The notes under the pieces: model-generated
Told to the model about the DNA's origin: nothing
The model's input: the letters and a program-made list of their open reading frames with translations, nothing else
Database searches by the model: none
In this document: positions 1 through 9,880 of the stretch, piece after piece
Layout of the letters: each line of letters begins with the position of its first letter
How positions within the stretch are numbered: position 1 is the first letter of the stretch
DNA from: Candidatus Sumerlaeaceae bacterium
Lineage (GTDB): Bacteria > Sumerlaeota > Sumerlaeia > Sumerlaeales > Sumerlaeaceae
Assembly (NCBI GenBank): GCA_051003195.1
Contig: JBPCLP010000008.1
Span: 168,999-232,998, forward strand
Length of the DNA: 64,000 nucleotides
Direction of reading: 5' to 3'
Position numbers and translations under genes: made by a program

Positions 1-2
1 GC

Positions 3-1271
3 ATCTTCCTGAACGACAAACCCATCTTCCAGATGGGACCGCTCGACCAGGGCTTCTGGCCAGACGGACTGCACACAGCGCCCACGGACGAAGCGCTGCG
101 CTGGGACATCGAGATGACGAAGAGGCTCGGGTTCAACATGACGCGCAAGCACATCAAAGTCGAGCCGCGCCGCTGGTACTACTGGGCCGACAAGCTGGGC
201 ATCCTTGTCTGGCAGGACATGGTCAGCGGGAACAACAAGACGCCTGAATCGAAGCAACAGTACGAAGCCGAGTTGAAACGCATGATCGACACGCACTGTA
301 ATCATCCGTCGATCATCATGTGGGTGGTATTTAACGAAGGTTGGGGACAGTACGACAAGGAGAACACGGCGCGGCTTGTGGAGCAGGCGAAGAAATGGGA
401 CCCCACGCGCCTGGTAAACAATGCCAGCGGATGGATCGACATGGCATGTGGCGACGTCAAAGACGCGCACCGCTATCCAGGTCCCGGTGCACCTGATCCC
501 GAAACGACCCGCGCTTCCGTCCTCGGTGAATTCGGTGGCCTGGGACTACCCGTGCAGGGTCATACGTGGAGCCAGCAGGGAAACTGGGGCTACCAGGGCA
601 CGTCGGACCGCGAGAACCTGATGAACCGCTACGAGCAGCTAATGCGCCGCGTGTGGCTGCTGAAGGAACAGAAAGGACTCTGCGCGGCGGTCTACACCCA
701 GATCACCGACGTCGAAATCGAAACCAATGGCCTGATCACCTACGACCGCGAAGTCGTCAAGGTCGACGAGGAACGCATCCGAAACGCGAACACCGGCAAA
801 CTCCCGCCCATCGAAATCACGGAGGTGGTGCCCACCTCAGAGAAGCAGGGGATCAACTGGCGCTACACCTTCGACAAGCCGGCGAAGGAATGGAACACGC
901 CCGCGTTCGATGACTCCGGATGGAAGGAAGGCCCGGCGGGATTCGGCAAAGGTGATCCATCATGGCCCATCCGAACCGCATGGCACACGAAGGAAATCTG
1001 GTTGCGGCGGGATATCGAAATTCCAGCAGGCATTGATGTAAACGACCTCTACCTGAACGTGTTCCATGACGAGGACGTTGAAGTTTATCTCAATGGTGAA
1101 CGGGCCGTGCGGGAGCGCTTCTATCGCACCGACTACGAGGAAATGCCAATCGGCGATAAAGCCCGCGCCACGATCAAGCCGGGCAAAAACAAAATCGCGG
1201 TGTACTGCAAAAACGCCGAGGGCGGCCAGTACATCGACGTCGGACTGATCGCCATCCGGACGAAGAAGTAA
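3..1271 (+). CDS. Glycoside hydrolase family 2 (beta-galactosidase/glucuronidase-like), 5' end outside window
   Basis: Open frame from base 3 (IFLNDKPIFQMGPLDQGFWPDG). GH2 motifs NHPSIIMWVVFNEGWG (acid/base) and LGEFGG (nucleophile), plus a C-terminal galactose-binding-like domain. Confidence 0.9.
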   Translation: MFLNDKPIFQMGPLDQGFWPDGLHTAPTDEALRWDIEMTKRLGFNMTRKHIKVEPRRWYYWADKLGILVWQDMVSGNNKTPESKQQYEAELKRMIDTHCNHPSIIMWVVFNEGWGQYDKENTARLVEQAKKWDPTRLVNNASGWIDMACGDVKDAHRYPGPGAPDPETTRASVLGEFGGLGLPVQGHTWSQQGNWGYQGTSDRENLMNRYEQLMRRVWLLKEQKGLCAAVYTQITDVEIETNGLITYDREVVKVDEERIRNANTGKLPPIEITEVVPTSEKQGINWRYTFDKPAKEWNTPAFDDSGWKEGPAGFGKGDPSWPIRTAWHTKEIWLRRDIEIPAGIDVNDLYLNVFHDEDVEVYLNGERAVRERFYRTDYEEMPIGDKARATIKPGKNKIAVYCKNAEGGQYIDVGLIAIRTKK

Positions 1272-1334
1272 CCGGCGCGCTCAGTCTTCATCAAGTGCTC
1301 CTTCCGGAGCGAACCTGATAACAATCAAGCAGTT

Positions 1335-2444
1335 CTAGTAGAGGTCCCAGTCGCCGATGGACGCCGGCACCGCAATAGGTGCATCGAGCTGCCCACGGAT
1401 TTCACCGCCCGTAAACAATGAGGTGTGAACGTTCACGTAAACGTTTCCGTTCGCCAGGTTCGTTGCGTCGGTGGCGGTATGGGACCACAACCCAAGTTTC
1501 GGACTGCCTGCCGGCAGCGTGAACACAGGCGACGCCGTAGCGCCGCGTGCACCTGGCGAATGAAAGTGGGCTGCGGTCTCGGCACTGGATAGTCCCGCGT
1601 ATGTCATGTAGTATCCAAGAAGGTTTCCAGCGGTATCCTGGCTGAACATCCCATACCCACGCGCGGTTGAAGCCGTCGGCTCTTGCTGCCCGTTCAACGT
1701 CGTCAGACGCCGGACAACCTGCCCGCGGATTTCCCCGCCGGGAAAGGTGCCGGTGTGGATATTAATGTACCATTTCCCGGCGTCGAGAGAAGTCACCTGT
1801 AGTGCGGTCAAGGTTGCCGAGCTAACCTTCGGTTCAGTAAGCGGCAGGGTAACAATGGGCGAGGCGCTTTGCGAATGCAGTGCATCGCCATGGAAGTGCG
1901 CGGCCGACTGTGAAACCAGCGGAATCGTGGAGCTGATAAAATAGGATAGAACATTGGTCGTGCGGTCGAGCGTCATCAACCCATACCCGGTTGCGGTGGA
2001 GGCCGAGGGCTCCTGCGCGCCGTCGATGGCCGCGACATGCGTCACAATCTGACCACGTATCTCGCCGGCAGGCACCAGTGTTGAGTGGACATTTACATAG
2101 TAACGGCCCGCAAGGATGTCGCTAAGCTGGGTTGGGGTGAGAGTTACATTGCCTGACTTCGGGGTGCCCAGCGCGAGGCCGAACACCGCGCTCGCGGAGG
2201 TTCCCGGATCGGCTGGTCCATGGATGTGCGCAGCAGTTTCGGTAGTCGAAAGCCCGGCGAAATCGAGAAAGTAGTAAAGCTTGCTTCCGGGCACGTCGAC
2301 GGTGAAACGCGCGGTTCCGACGGCAGTTGATGTGGTGGCAGGTGTTTCCTGTACACCGTTGAGAAAGGCCACCATTTCGCGAACCTGTGCTGGTGCCGCT
2401 ACGGCGGTTAAGAGTGTAGCAGCGATTAATAGATATCTTTTCAT
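1335..2444 (-). CDS. Secreted protein with three tandem CHRD domains and C-terminal ASIGDWDLY tail
   Basis: Signal peptide; three repeats of AAH(I/F)H...Y(V/I)N(V/I)H(S/T)...GEIRGQ. Confidence 0.9.
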   Translation of the reverse strand: MKRYLLIAATLLTAVAAPAQVREMVAFLNGVQETPATTSTAVGTARFTVDVPGSKLYYFLDFAGLSTTETAAHIHGPADPGTSASAVFGLALGTPKSGNVTLTPTQLSDILAGRYYVNVHSTLVPAGEIRGQIVTHVAAIDGAQEPSASTATGYGLMTLDRTTNVLSYFISSTIPLVSQSAAHFHGDALHSQSASPIVTLPLTEPKVSSATLTALQVTSLDAGKWYINIHTGTFPGGEIRGQVVRRLTTLNGQQEPTASTARGYGMFSQDTAGNLLGYYMTYAGLSSAETAAHFHSPGARGATASPVFTLPAGSPKLGLWSHTATDATNLANGNVYVNVHTSLFTGGEIRGQLDAPIAVPASIGDWDLY

Positions 2445-2591
2445 AATGCGGACCTCCCGGGCCAGACCACTTCAAATCCAACAGGAACAGTTCAGTGCAG
2501 GAATGGCCGAAGCAGTCAAAGGGAAACCGGGCAAGTGTAAGTACTTGTCCGCTGGCGTACATTTGCCGAGGAACGGCGGGAGGCTGTGAAT

Positions 2592-4079
2592 TCAGCGATT
2601 GGTGTTTAGCTGCGCCTGCAGCATACGGGAAAGCGTAGCTGTTAGAGTCGTATCGATACCGCTGGTCAGCGCTGCCCGGTTCACATTCTCGTCCGGATCG
2701 GCCAGCTCGTCGTACAGTTCTGTCGCCAGTGTGTTGCTGGTGGAGAGGCTGCGCCATTCCGTGTAACGATATTTGTCAGTGCGCATGGAGTAACCCATGA
2801 CATCCTTTCCACGCGGGAACTGGCTGAACGCGGCATCCTTCCACTTCTGCAGCGGTTCCGACAGCAGGGGTTCGAAGCTGCGGCCCTGCAGGCCTGGAGG
2901 TGGGGCAAGGTTGCACAGCTCGCACAAACTGGGAAACACATCCACGAATTCCACCAGTGCATCGCATTTAGCGCCGGCCAACTTTTGATCGGGAGCTGCT
3001 ACGATGAGGGGCACACGCGTGGCGATCTCAAAATTGGTGTGTTTGGTCCACATACCATGGTTACCCAGGTGATACCCATGGTCACCCCACAACACAATCA
3101 CCGTTTTGTCGCGCAGCTTCAGCGCGTCCAGTTCTTCCAGCAGTCGGCCCAGTTGTGCGTCCACATAACTCACGCACGCATAGTAGCCACGAACCAGCTC
3201 GCGCGCCTGCAGCTCGGTGAGCGGGCCGCTTTTCGGGATTCCCTGGTAGGACCGCAGCTCGCCCCACGTCGTCATCGAAAAGCTGGTCACGCTTTCGGGG
3301 GGAAACGGGTTCTGCGCCAGTGGCAGCGTCGCCGTGGAATACATGTCGAAATACTTCTTCGGCGCGACGAATGGCAAATGCGGTTTATGAAATCCGATGG
3401 CGAGAAAGAAAGGCTGGTCCTTGCGCTCGCGCATCAGGTTAATCGCCTTATCGATCATGTAGCCGTCGGGCAGCGCGTTGTCCGGGGCGTCGACCGCTTC
3501 CCATGGCCGCCCGCGGCGCCGTGGACCCGGCGCGTCTTCAGCGCCCTGCGCGGTGCCCACCTTCGTCGCGGTGGTGTAGCGGGTGTCATCGGGATTGGGC
3601 GTCGTCGCAAAGTCCGTCGGCGCGCTCCACGACTTCTTGTCGTCCAGACCACCGTGAAAGATCTTTCCGAGCGCCTGGGTGTGGTATCCATTCTGTTTAA
3701 AAAGCTGGGGCAGGGTGACAACGTCGGGGATCGTGGTGCGGAAGTGGGTTGTGAGATCGTAGACGCGTGTGGTGTCCGGGCGCAAACCGGTCAGCAGCGA
3801 GGTACGTGACGGCGAGCAGACTGCCTGCTGGCAATATGCACGATTGAAAAGCAGGCCGCTGGCAGCCAGCCGATCGATATTCGGACTGCGCACAGTTGTA
3901 TTTCCATAACAGCCGAGCAATGGACGCAGATCGTCAACGGCGATAAACAGAACATTGTAGCGCGACTCGGATTGCGAAGTCGCCGCTGCTGTGCGCGATG
4001 GATCAAAAATGTAAAGGCAGGTGCATGCGAAAAGCAGCGCCATTCCAATTCGTGCAGGAGCTCTTCGATTTATAGGCAT
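2592..4079 (-). CDS. Sulfatase (iduronate-2-sulfatase-like, S1 family); start approximate
   Basis: NVLFIAVDDLRP, CSPSRTSLLTG (formylglycine motif), GFHKPHLPF, WGDHGYHLG. Confidence 0.92.
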   Translation of the reverse strand: MPINRRAPARIGMALLFACTCLYIFDPSRTAAATSQSESRYNVLFIAVDDLRPLLGCYGNTTVRSPNIDRLAASGLLFNRAYCQQAVCSPSRTSLLTGLRPDTTRVYDLTTHFRTTIPDVVTLPQLFKQNGYHTQALGKIFHGGLDDKKSWSAPTDFATTPNPDDTRYTTATKVGTAQGAEDAPGPRRRGRPWEAVDAPDNALPDGYMIDKAINLMRERKDQPFFLAIGFHKPHLPFVAPKKYFDMYSTATLPLAQNPFPPESVTSFSMTTWGELRSYQGIPKSGPLTELQARELVRGYYACVSYVDAQLGRLLEELDALKLRDKTVIVLWGDHGYHLGNHGMWTKHTNFEIATRVPLIVAAPDQKLAGAKCDALVEFVDVFPSLCELCNLAPPPGLQGRSFEPLLSEPLQKWKDAAFSQFPRGKDVMGYSMRTDKYRYTEWRSLSTSNTLATELYDELADPDENVNRAALTSGIDTTLTATLSRMLQAQLNTNR

Positions 4080-4222
4080 GCCCCTGCATCGCACCGTGCG
4101 ACAAAGTCGCAACCACCATTTTGCAACCTGCATAACATCGTTGCAGATGGAGCGCGCCGGGACTGTTGTTGCCCGCAATGATTAAGACCACACCAGTTAT
4201 ACGCCCCGTTGAAAAATGGGTT

Positions 4223-5635
4223 ATGCGATTCCTTTTATGCTTTGCCGGAATCGCCTTGGCTATCCCCACTCCAGCCGCCCGGCCGAACATCGTCTTTTTT
4301 ATAACAGACGACCACGGCCTCCTGGATTCGTCGGTGTATGGTTCGAAGGATGTTTCTACGCCAAATATGCGTAAGCTGGCGGACCGCGGAGTGACGTTCA
4401 CGAATGCATTTGTCGCTTCACCCAGTTGCGCGCCCAGCCGCGCGGCGCTGATTACGGGTCTCATGCCGGCGCGCAACGGAGCCGAAGCGAATCATAGTCG
4501 GCCACGCCCGGAAATCAGGAAGTGGCCTGCATACTTTCAGGAGCTTGGATACGAAGTAGTAGCGTTTGGAAAAGTGACGCATTACCAGCACACCGCAGAC
4601 TACGGGTTCGACCACTTTGCGCATGATCGTTTCCACGATCAGGCAGCAATTCCGGCGGCAATAAAATTTCTCGAGACGCACGATCCAAATGCGACACGCC
4701 CGCTGTGCCTGATGGTGGGATCAAACTGGCCACATGTGCCATGGCCAAAAGAGTTTTCTACGCATGACCCCGAAACGCTAACACTGCCTGCCGGCTCGAT
4801 CGACACTTCGAAGACGCGGGAATGGCGAGCGCAGTACCTCGCGGCAGTCGATAAAGCGGACGAGGATTTTGGCCGTATTTACGAAACCGCGCAGTCGAAG
4901 CTGGGCAAGGACGCAATCACGCTGTTCAGCAGCGACCACGGGGCACAGTGGCCGTTCGGCAAATGGAACCTGTACGATGCCGGCATTCGCGTACCATTAA
5001 TTGTGGAATGGTCCGGAGTGGTGAAACGCGGCACCAAATCCGATGCAACGGTGAGCTGGATCGACATTCTGCCCACTTTGCTGGAAGCTGCCGGCGGGCA
5101 GCCGCCGCCCGACATCGATGGCCAATCGTTTTTGCCAGTGCTACGCGGGGAAAAGACTTCTCATCGCGACCGGATTTTCACGACCCACACCGGCGACGAA
5201 CGATGGAACATTTACCCGATGCGCAGTGTCCGCACTGCGGAATGGAAGTACATCATGAACCTTCACCCTGAGTTCGCATTCACGACACACATTGATCTAC
5301 CTGGCGAGCTGGGGCAGCGCGATTTCTGGTCCACATGGGAGAGTGCTGCGAAAACGGATAAGTTCGCCGCCGCCATTGTGAACGGATACCATCAGCGCCC
5401 AGCCGACGAACTATACGAGCTCACGGCTGATCCACACGAGCAGCATAATCTTGCCTCCCACCCGAACCAGGAAATGCGAATAGAGGAGATGCGAAGTGAA
5501 TTACGCACGTGGATGCGCAGCCAGGACGATAAAACAACTGTTCCCGCAAAGCCGCGACTGCTCAGCGATCCATCGAGCTATGGTCCGGGCGCGGCGGCCC
5601 TGGGTACATCGGTCAGCAAAATTAAGGGCAGGTGA
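4223..5635 (+). CDS. Sulfatase (sulfamidase-like, S1 family)
   Basis: Signal peptide, PNIVFFITDDHG, CAPSRAALITG, SSDHG, ELYELTADPHEQHNLA. Confidence 0.92.
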   Translation: MRFLLCFAGIALAIPTPAARPNIVFFITDDHGLLDSSVYGSKDVSTPNMRKLADRGVTFTNAFVASPSCAPSRAALITGLMPARNGAEANHSRPRPEIRKWPAYFQELGYEVVAFGKVTHYQHTADYGFDHFAHDRFHDQAAIPAAIKFLETHDPNATRPLCLMVGSNWPHVPWPKEFSTHDPETLTLPAGSIDTSKTREWRAQYLAAVDKADEDFGRIYETAQSKLGKDAITLFSSDHGAQWPFGKWNLYDAGIRVPLIVEWSGVVKRGTKSDATVSWIDILPTLLEAAGGQPPPDIDGQSFLPVLRGEKTSHRDRIFTTHTGDERWNIYPMRSVRTAEWKYIMNLHPEFAFTTHIDLPGELGQRDFWSTWESAAKTDKFAAAIVNGYHQRPADELYELTADPHEQHNLASHPNQEMRIEEMRSELRTWMRSQDDKTTVPAKPRLLSDPSSYGPGAAALGTSVSKIKGR

Positions 5636-5707
5636 ACCGGCTTGGCAATGCCAGGGTATTAAGCTTTGGCTTTGCTTAGTTTCGTCTGCTGCAGGGTAGC
5701 AATACAC

Positions 5708-6514
5708 GTGAGTTTACCGACGCAGCCAATGCAGCGCTCTGTGCACCCGATGCTGGCGCTGCTGGTGTTTGTGATTATCTATTTGCTGGATGTGTTTTTT
5801 TTCCGACTTTCGGCCTATAGCTCATGGGCGGTGCTTGCCGTCCTGACCGTTGTTCTTTCGCTGGTGCTTCCACTCGCAGCGACCGCTCTTTCCAAGGTAT
5901 CGTTGTCAGACGGTCTACTATTGAGTCACCGATTTGTACCTGGAGCCGCCGTCTCAGTGGTTGTAGCCACCGTACTGCTTGTGCCGCTGTACATCTGTTT
6001 CAACCTGATCCTGGCAAGGCATTGGCCGGAAGTTCGCAGCATGATCTACGGCGACGCTCGCCAAATGAGACAAATGGTGCGAACAACTTCCTGGCCCCTC
6101 ATCGCAGCAGGCGGGCTTTTCTTTGCCTTCACCGAGGAATTCCTGTACCGTGGATTTCTTATGAATGCGCTTCGCCGATGGGGTGACGCGGTTGCGCTGA
6201 TTATCAGCTCTATCTGCTTTGCGGTGGCACATCACTCGGTCGGGAAACTGCTCCCCATGACGCTGGCCGGAATGTGGTTCGGCTTTGTCGCGTTGCGCAC
6301 AAGGTCCATTTGGGTCAGCACGGCAGCGCACTTCGCTGTCAATGCCGGCCTGCTCGCGGCCATCATGTACTTAGCCGGCCCACAACCCCTTAGGCGCACT
6401 CCGCTTCCCGAGATAAGTGACTGGTGGCTGGTTGCTCTCGTTCCCTTTACAGTCGGCGTCGTCTGGCTGAGCGAGAAGTGGGGAAACGCAACCCCAGGCA
6501 CAAGCCGGCGCTGA
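5708..6514 (+). CDS. CPBP/Abi (CAAX protease-like) intramembrane glutamic endopeptidase
   Basis: Multiple TM helices; EEFLYRG, FAVAH and AAHFAVN motifs. Confidence 0.88.
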   Translation: MSLPTQPMQRSVHPMLALLVFVIIYLLDVFFFRLSAYSSWAVLAVLTVVLSLVLPLAATALSKVSLSDGLLLSHRFVPGAAVSVVVATVLLVPLYICFNLILARHWPEVRSMIYGDARQMRQMVRTTSWPLIAAGGLFFAFTEEFLYRGFLMNALRRWGDAVALIISSICFAVAHHSVGKLLPMTLAGMWFGFVALRTRSIWVSTAAHFAVNAGLLAAIMYLAGPQPLRRTPLPEISDWWLVALVPFTVGVVWLSEKWGNATPGTSRR

Positions 6515-6560
6515 CAATTAAGACGCATTCGGGCTTGCCCGTGCTGCGATTACGTTGTCG

Positions 6561-7400
6561 ATGGCAGGCCACACCAAAGAGAGTAGGGAAGCGATGATAG
6601 AACGCATTCGGAAGATTGTCGATCATAAATCTTTTCAGCTTCTTGTCATTACGGTCATTCTCATCAACGCGGCGATCATTGGGGTCGAAACCTCCGCTAG
6701 TGTGATGGAACGCCATGCTGGCCTCATGCACGCGATCAACTGGATGATCCAGGCGATATTTGTGACGGAAATCCTTTTGCGGCTGGTTTCCTATGCGCCG
6801 CGCTTTGGACGATTCTTCCGCGACGGCTGGAACGTTTTCGATTTCATTATCGTGGCATTCTCGCTGTTGCCTGTGGCAGGAGCATTTGCAGGAGTTGCCC
6901 GCCTTGCGCGGGTGCTACGGCTCGCGCGACTTGTGTCAGTCTCGGATCAGCTGCGATTAATAGTTACCACAATGCTGCGGTCGATTCCATCTTTGAGCCA
7001 TGTGGTTGTGCTGCTGGCCCTTCTTATTTACGTTTATGCCATCCTCGGTTACTATACGTTTCACAATACCGATGCTTCCCATTGGGGAACGCTCGGAGCC
7101 GCAGTGCTCAGCGTGTTTCAAATGCTTACCCTCGAAGGGTGGGTAGACATGCAGGATGCTGTGATCAAGCAGCACCCCTTTTCGTGGCTCTTCTTCGCCA
7201 GCTTTGTCATCGTTGCCGTATTTGTCGTGGTGAACCTCTTCATCGCAGTCGTGCTGAATAACCTCGAGGAAGTGAAGGCCGAGCAACTGGCCGAGGCAGG
7301 GCTGCAGAAGGGTGAGCTTCCGGACGAATCGACGGTGCACCTGCGACTTTCGCGTATTCGCGCAGATCTGGACGAACTCGAGCAACTCCTGAAGCGGTGA
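6561..7400 (+). CDS. Bacterial voltage-gated cation channel (BacNav/CavMr-like)
   Basis: Six TMs, DGWNVFDFIIV, S4 RLARVLRLARL, pore TLEGWVD, S6 VVNLFIAVVLNNL, C-terminal coiled coil. Confidence 0.93.
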   Translation: MAGHTKESREAMIERIRKIVDHKSFQLLVITVILINAAIIGVETSASVMERHAGLMHAINWMIQAIFVTEILLRLVSYAPRFGRFFRDGWNVFDFIIVAFSLLPVAGAFAGVARLARVLRLARLVSVSDQLRLIVTTMLRSIPSLSHVVVLLALLIYVYAILGYYTFHNTDASHWGTLGAAVLSVFQMLTLEGWVDMQDAVIKQHPFSWLFFASFVIVAVFVVVNLFIAVVLNNLEEVKAEQLAEAGLQKGELPDESTVHLRLSRIRADLDELEQLLKR

Positions 7401-7505
7401 CAGGCTCGGAAAGACCACCGCTGATTAAGCGCATGGATAGCGGTGCGAATTCTTTCGTATAAGTAATGCAATGCATCGGGTGCATTTTAGAATCGGAGTA
7501 ATCTT

Positions 7506-8609
7506 GTGGGTGTCTGCGTGCGATTAACATCTTTGCGGTTATATTCTGCGGTGGTAGGAATTCTGTCGACCTCCGTTGCGGCTATCAGTGCCGATGCAAC
7601 CACCAATACGGTATCATCCGCGTTCCTTCCAACGAAGCCACTTACCGTCAGCCCTCCACAGCCTGCACCGGAAGGAATGGTGTGGATTCCGGGTGGTGAT
7701 TTTTCGATGGGCTGCGACGTTGCCTGTGAAGGAATGTGCTTTCAGCCGGGCACGACACAGGACGCGCTGCCGGTGCATCAGGTCCGTCTGCAGCCGTTCT
7801 GGATGGACGCGACGGAAGTCACCAATGCACAGTTCGAAAAGTTTGCGAAGGCAACTGGCTATGTCACGATTGCTGAGCGAACTCCTACTAAAGAAGAATT
7901 CCCGGATGCGCCACCAGAAAACCTCGTCGCGGGTTCAACGGTCTTCACGCCCAGCAGCGAACCCGTGCCCCTCAACAACCACTACCAGTGGTGGCGCTAT
8001 CAGCGAGGTGCAAACTGGCGGCACCCCGGCGGCCCGGAGACAAACCTCGATGGCCGCGAAAACTACCCCGTCGTTCAAATCGCCTACGACGACGCGCTTG
8101 CCTATTCTGAATGGGCCGGCAAGCGGATGCCTACTGAAGCTGAATGGGAGTTCGCCGCGCGCGGGGGATTAACCGGTCAGGTGTATGCGTGGGGAAATGA
8201 ATTCCGACCGGGCGGCAAACACATGGCAAATACCTACCAGGGAAAGTTTCCCGTCGCCGACACCGGCGAAGATGGCTATGCGGGAATAGCACCGGTGAAA
8301 TCGTACAAGCCGAACGGCTACGGTTTATACGACGTAGCTGGAAACGTTTGGGAATGGTGCAGCGACTGGTACCGGCCCGATTACTACAGGCAGCTGTCGC
8401 TGAAAGGCAGCATTACACCAGATCCCGAGGGGCCCGACACACCCTTCGATCCGCTCGAACCAACGGAAAAGAAGCGGGTACACCGCGGCGGGTCGTTCTT
8501 GTGCACGGACGAATACTGTACCCGGTATATGGTCGGCACGCGCGGAAAAGGCGAAACGAACACGGCGACAGATCACTTGGGGTTTCGCTGTGTGAAGTCC
8601 GCGAAATGA
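7506..8609 (+). CDS. Formylglycine-generating enzyme (SUMF1/FGE family); start approximate
   Basis: RMPTEAEWEFAARGG, NGYGLYDVAGNVWEW, RGGSFLCTDEYCTRY (both catalytic Cys present), HLGFRCV. Confidence 0.9.
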   Translation: MGVCVRLTSLRLYSAVVGILSTSVAAISADATTNTVSSAFLPTKPLTVSPPQPAPEGMVWIPGGDFSMGCDVACEGMCFQPGTTQDALPVHQVRLQPFWMDATEVTNAQFEKFAKATGYVTIAERTPTKEEFPDAPPENLVAGSTVFTPSSEPVPLNNHYQWWRYQRGANWRHPGGPETNLDGRENYPVVQIAYDDALAYSEWAGKRMPTEAEWEFAARGGLTGQVYAWGNEFRPGGKHMANTYQGKFPVADTGEDGYAGIAPVKSYKPNGYGLYDVAGNVWEWCSDWYRPDYYRQLSLKGSITPDPEGPDTPFDPLEPTEKKRVHRGGSFLCTDEYCTRYMVGTRGKGETNTATDHLGFRCVKSAK

Positions 8610-8713
8610 AAGTGGAGTTTTGCTCAGAAAGCTCGGCGTTCGATCGTCAGATCTCTCTTTTCATGACTGCTTTCCATTCGCAATTCGGCCGCAAAGACGT
8701 TCCGGCGCTACGA

Positions 8714-9760
8714 TCAGGCGAACTGGCGCAAAAACCGCACATCGTTTTCGTAGAGGCAGCGCATGTTGTCCAGACCATAGCGTAGCATCGTGAAACGCTC
8801 GACTCCAAGGCCGAATGCAAACCCACTTACTTCGGTCGAATCATAGCCCACGTTTTCCAGAACCTTTGGATGGATCATTCCTGCACCCAGAACTTCCAGC
8901 CAGCCGGTGGCCTTGCACACCCGGCAACTGGCATCGTTGCCCCGGCATTTGAAGCACTGTACGTCGACTTCCGCGCTGGGTTCCGTGAACGGAAAGAAGC
9001 TCGGACGGAATCTCGTTTCCAGCCCCTTGCCGAACATTGCCTGTAGAAATTCCTGCAACGTCCCCTTCAGGTGCGCCATGCTCACACCCTTGTCCACGAG
9101 GAACCCCTCGACCTGGTGGAACACGGGTGAATGCGTCGCATCCACATCGTCCACGCGGTAAACGCGGCCCGGCGCAATGATCGCAACCGGCGGCTTGTGC
9201 TCCTTCATGTACCGGATCTGCACCGGGGAAGTGTGTGTGCGCAGAATGTGCCCGCCTGGAACAAAGAAGGTATCGTGCATATCGCGCGCCGGATGATCCG
9301 CGGGGATGTTCAGCGCGTCGAAATTGTTATACTCGGTCTCAATGTCTGGCCCGGTGGCTATGGCATAACCCATCGAAGTGAATACCCGCTGGATTTCTTC
9401 GAGTGTCTGCGTCAATGGGTGCAGCGCACCTGGTGAAGTGGCACGTGGCGCCGGCAGCGTAACGTCGACTTGTTCTCCTGCAAGCCTTTGGGAAAGCTCG
9501 GCGTCACTGATCTGCTCGAGCTTCTGCTGAAAGGCTGCTTCAACCCGTGCTTGTGCTCCATTAATAGCCTGGCCAGCAGCAGGTCGCTGGTCCGCCGATA
9601 ACTCGCCCATCCGGCGCATCAGCTCACGAATCGGGCTCTTCTTGCCCAGGATTTCGGGGCGAATGCGTTCGAGTTCCTGCGAATCTGTTGCCATTTGTAG
9701 CGCTGCCATTGCCGTTTGCTCGGCCGAGGCCAGTGCTTCTTCTAAGGTGCCGGTGCTCAT
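8714..9760 (-). CDS. pheS: Phenylalanine--tRNA ligase alpha subunit
   Basis: NFDALNIPADHPARDMHDTF, LRTHTSPVQ, FHQVEG, RFRPSFFPFTEPS, GFAFGLGVER. Confidence 0.98.
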   Translation of the reverse strand: MSTGTLEEALASAEQTAMAALQMATDSQELERIRPEILGKKSPIRELMRRMGELSADQRPAAGQAINGAQARVEAAFQQKLEQISDAELSQRLAGEQVDVTLPAPRATSPGALHPLTQTLEEIQRVFTSMGYAIATGPDIETEYNNFDALNIPADHPARDMHDTFFVPGGHILRTHTSPVQIRYMKEHKPPVAIIAPGRVYRVDDVDATHSPVFHQVEGFLVDKGVSMAHLKGTLQEFLQAMFGKGLETRFRPSFFPFTEPSAEVDVQCFKCRGNDASCRVCKATGWLEVLGAGMIHPKVLENVGYDSTEVSGFAFGLGVERFTMLRYGLDNMRCLYENDVRFLRQFA

Positions 9761-9880
9761 CGCCGCTCAAAACACATGTCCGCACGGGCGCAATCAAGTG
9801 GGAAGAGTCGTCGGGCCCTTGAAAGCCAAAACAAGCATTGTGAGTTGACGCATATGGGTTTGAAGAAGCGGGCTGACCGA

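Noticed and set aside
2985..3809. Long antisense ORFs (also 23690-24586, 44590-45270, 56161-57102, 59442-60263)
   Set aside because: Shadow frames of well-supported genes in GC-rich DNA, with no recognisable motifs.
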